From Candidatus Wolframiiraptor sinensis (GTDB lineage: Archaea; Thermoproteota; Nitrososphaeria_A; Caldarchaeales; Wolframiiraptoraceae), in assembly GCA_023261815.1 (NCBI GenBank), contig JALNKA010000001.1:1-64000 (forward strand): a stretch of 64,000 nucleotides of DNA. The letters run 5' to 3'. Within the stretch, counting starts at the first letter, position 1. The number at the start of each line of letters is the position of its first letter. This document shows positions 61,754 to 64,000 of the stretch, piece by piece. A model generated the notes under the pieces. That model was given only the letters and a program-made list of their open reading frames with translations. It searched no databases and had not been told where the DNA came from. Position numbers and translations under genes: made by a program.

Positions 61754-62472
61754 TGGGGCATCTCAAGAGGCTCGCAGCCCCACCGCATCTCAAGATCTCG
61801 GTTAAGGAGGCAGTCTTCACAGTCTGCCCATCCCCGGGCCCGCATCCGAAATACGAGTGTATACCGCTACTCTTGATAGTCAGAGATTACCTGAAGTATG
61901 CAGAAAGATATGAGGAGGCTAGGAAGATAATACGCGCCGGCAAGATTCTCGTGGACGGGAAACCGGTTAAGGATCACAAGTTCCCGGTGGGCTTGATGGA
62001 CGTGCTCTCGATACCTGAAACCGGCGAGAACTATAGAGTGCTGCCGATCTATAGGCGGGGCCTGGATCTCGTCGAGATAACGCGGGAGGAGTCGGGCTTC
62101 AAGCTCGGGAAGATAATTAGGAAGATGCACGTCCCCAGAGGCCACCTGCAGATAACGCTTCATGACGGCAGGAACATAAGATTCAAGGATGTGACCAACG
62201 AGATAAGGCAATACAGCACAAGGGATACCCTGAAGATAACGGTTCCGAGCCAGGTCATCGCGGGATACCTGAGGCTTGAGGAAGGCAAATACGGCCTGCT
62301 AGTCAAGGGGCCGAAGCAGGGCCTACATGGCGAGATAATCGAGATTAGGCGGGATGTAACTTACCCGGCCAAGCCGATCGTAAAGCTAAAATCGGGCATG
62401 GGCGAGGTGAGCTCGCTGCTCGACTACGTTATGGTTGTCGGGGAGGAGGAGCCATGGATCAAGCTGCCGTGA
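61753..62472 (+). CDS. rps4e: 30S ribosomal protein S4e
   Basis: HLKRLAAP, PSPGPH, FPVGLMDV, LHDGRN. Confidence 0.97.
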   Translation: MGHLKRLAAPPHLKISVKEAVFTVCPSPGPHPKYECIPLLLIVRDYLKYAERYEEARKIIRAGKILVDGKPVKDHKFPVGLMDVLSIPETGENYRVLPIYRRGLDLVEITREESGFKLGKIIRKMHVPRGHLQITLHDGRNIRFKDVTNEIRQYSTRDTLKITVPSQVIAGYLRLEEGKYGLLVKGPKQGLHGEIIEIRRDVTYPAKPIVKLKSGMGEVSSLLDYVMVVGEEEPWIKLP

Positions 62473-63005
62473 TCGAGGCGCGCCCGAAGAAGGAGAACCC
62501 CATGAGGAGGATCAGGATCGAAAAGGTCGTCGTGAACTCTTGCATAGGCTCGAGCGCGCCGAGGCTCGAGAAGGCCGCGAAGATAATCGAGATGCTGACG
62601 GGTCAGAGGCCGGAGCTCCGGAAGGCGAGGAAGACGATCAAGGGCTTCGGGATTTACAAGGGGCAGCCGATAGCCGTTAGAGTAACCTTGAGGAAGCAGA
62701 GGGCGGTCGAGTTTCTCAGGAAGGCGCTTCAAGCCGTGAACAACACTCTGAAAGCCTCCAGCTTTGATGAGCAAGGCGGCTTCTCATTCGGAATTAAGGA
62801 GCACTTGGACATCCCGGGCACGAAATACGACCCAGAGCTCGGGATAATCGGCATGGATGTCTGCGTCCACCTCTCCAGGCCCGGGCTGCGAATCTCCCTC
62901 AGGAGAAGGGCTAGAAGAAGGATACCTAGAGGCCATAGGGTTACAAAGGAAGAGGCCATGGAGTTCATGAGAAGCGAATTCGGCGTGAGAATAATCGAGG
63001 AGTAA
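62469..63005 (+). CDS. rpl5: 50S ribosomal protein L5 (uL5)
   Basis: NPMRRIRIEKVVVN, VTLR, FSFGIKEH, YDPELGIIG. Confidence 0.97.
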   Translation: MIEARPKKENPMRRIRIEKVVVNSCIGSSAPRLEKAAKIIEMLTGQRPELRKARKTIKGFGIYKGQPIAVRVTLRKQRAVEFLRKALQAVNNTLKASSFDEQGGFSFGIKEHLDIPGTKYDPELGIIGMDVCVHLSRPGLRISLRRRARRRIPRGHRVTKEEAMEFMRSEFGVRIIEE

Positions 63006-63063
63006 TAGCGCTCTTAAACAATCTTAAAATTATCCCGCGGAGAAGTGCGCTCCGAGGAATGGG

Positions 63064-63228
63064 ATGGCGAAGCAGAAGCCGCCGAAGGAGAGGAAGTTCG
63101 GGAAGGGCGTGGTCAAGTGCAGGAGATGTGGGACCACGGATGGCGTCATCAGGAAGTACAAGCTATACATTTGCAGAAGATGCATTAACGAGGTCGCCCC
63201 CCTCTTAGGGTTCAAGGTGTACGAGTAG
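63064..63228 (+). CDS. rps14: 30S ribosomal protein S14 (uS14, zinc-binding)
   Basis: Translated by hand: FGKGVVKCRRCG...IRKYKLYICRRCINE..LGFKVYE; missing from ORF track. Confidence 0.96.
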   Translation: MAKQKPPKERKFGKGVVKCRRCGTTDGVIRKYKLYICRRCINEVAPLLGFKVYE

Positions 63229-63282
63229 CCGCCGGCGAAAACACTTATTAACGGATTATCCCAACCCGCTTCGCCGGAGGAG

Positions 63283-63669
63283 ATGAGCAGGGATCTGGTC
63301 TCAGGCCTTTTCACGACGCTCCAGAACAACGAGATGGTCAGGAATAGGGAGTGTGTTTACTACGCCTCAAAGCTGATAGGCGAGATACTGAAGACGCTTC
63401 AGAGGCACGGCTACATCGGCGCGATAGAGTATATCGAGGATGGAAGAGGGGGGAAGTTTAGGATACAGCTTCTCGGCAGGATCAATAGGGCGGCTCCCAT
63501 AAGGCCGAGATTCAGCGTGAAGAAGAATGAATACGAGAAGTGGGAGAGACTATATTTGCCCAGCAAGGATATCGGGATACTCATAGTCACCACGAGCCAG
63601 GGGGTAATGTCCCACAAAGAGGCGAAGGCGAAGAACCTCGGAGGAAAGCTACTGGGATACGTTTGCTGA
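63283..63669 (+). CDS. rps8: 30S ribosomal protein S8 (uS8)
   Basis: DGRGGKFRIQLLGRIN, TTSQGVMSH, GGKLLGYV. Confidence 0.97.
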   Translation: MSRDLVSGLFTTLQNNEMVRNRECVYYASKLIGEILKTLQRHGYIGAIEYIEDGRGGKFRIQLLGRINRAAPIRPRFSVKKNEYEKWERLYLPSKDIGILIVTTSQGVMSHKEAKAKNLGGKLLGYVC

Positions 63670-63947
63670 AGAAGTGGCCTTTCATGGCACTCAAGTTGCT
63701 CGAGGCCAACATCTCCTCCAGAGCCTACACCTATCATCTTGCTAACTCTGATGCTCTGAGCTGCTAGAGTTTTCTAGGTAGGAAGGATGATGTAGAGGCC
63801 CTAAGTGTATTAGGAGGGGATGGGCGACCATTTTCCGCGCTTTTCGAGTGCAAAATACTTTAAATAGCGATATGGCGGCGGGTGAGTCGGATCTACGGAA
63901 GATCGGGGTTAAAGGACATGATACTCGTGGCGGGTGAGTGGGGGGCC

Positions 63948-64000
63948 ATGCCCCTGCAGGAGTATGTCGAGGAGATAGAGGTTCCGGAGGGCGTCGAGGT
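63948..64000 (+). CDS. rpl6: 50S ribosomal protein L6, 5' partial
   Basis: MPLQEYVEEIEVPEGVEV following rps8. Confidence 0.8.
   Translation, partial: MPLQEYVEEIEVPEGVE

Noticed and set aside
1-64000. CRISPR array, rRNA, tRNA or intact IS/transposase
   Set aside because: No regularly spaced repeats, cloverleaf/T-loop signatures or transposase motifs seen by eye; a tRNAscan-SE run would be needed to exclude intron-containing tRNAs.

Overview
Archaeal chromosomal window from the TACK group; rps30e, a TackOD1-like protein, the AroA'/AroB' route and PPi-type PfkA suggest an Aigarchaeota- or Bathyarchaeia-like thermophile (inference). It holds a ~28 kb biosynthetic supercluster (trpEGDCFBA, pyrFEBIKCDG, pheA-tyrA, and the aroA'-aroB'-aroD-aroE-aroK-aroA-aroC operon), a type IV pilus cluster next to a fragmented adhesin-like gene, partly degraded sugar-metabolism genes, a P-type ATPase, radical SAM enzymes, argF, nop5 and a split ribosomal-protein cluster. 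I saw no CRISPR array, rRNA, tRNA or intact transposase. The main observation is an apparent ribosome-based aromatic amino-acid sensing system. (1) A 29-aa W/Y/F-rich leader peptide with hairpins and a U-tract precedes the aro operon. (2) A probably leaderless 12-aa uORF at the start of trpE contains GGU GGC UGU CUU UGG C, a prfB-like +1 frameshift cassette with a Trp codon in place of UGA that leads into the TrpE frame. Both peptides start MNGG. The regulatory roles are inferred, and the assembly carries indels elsewhere, so read-level checks are needed.
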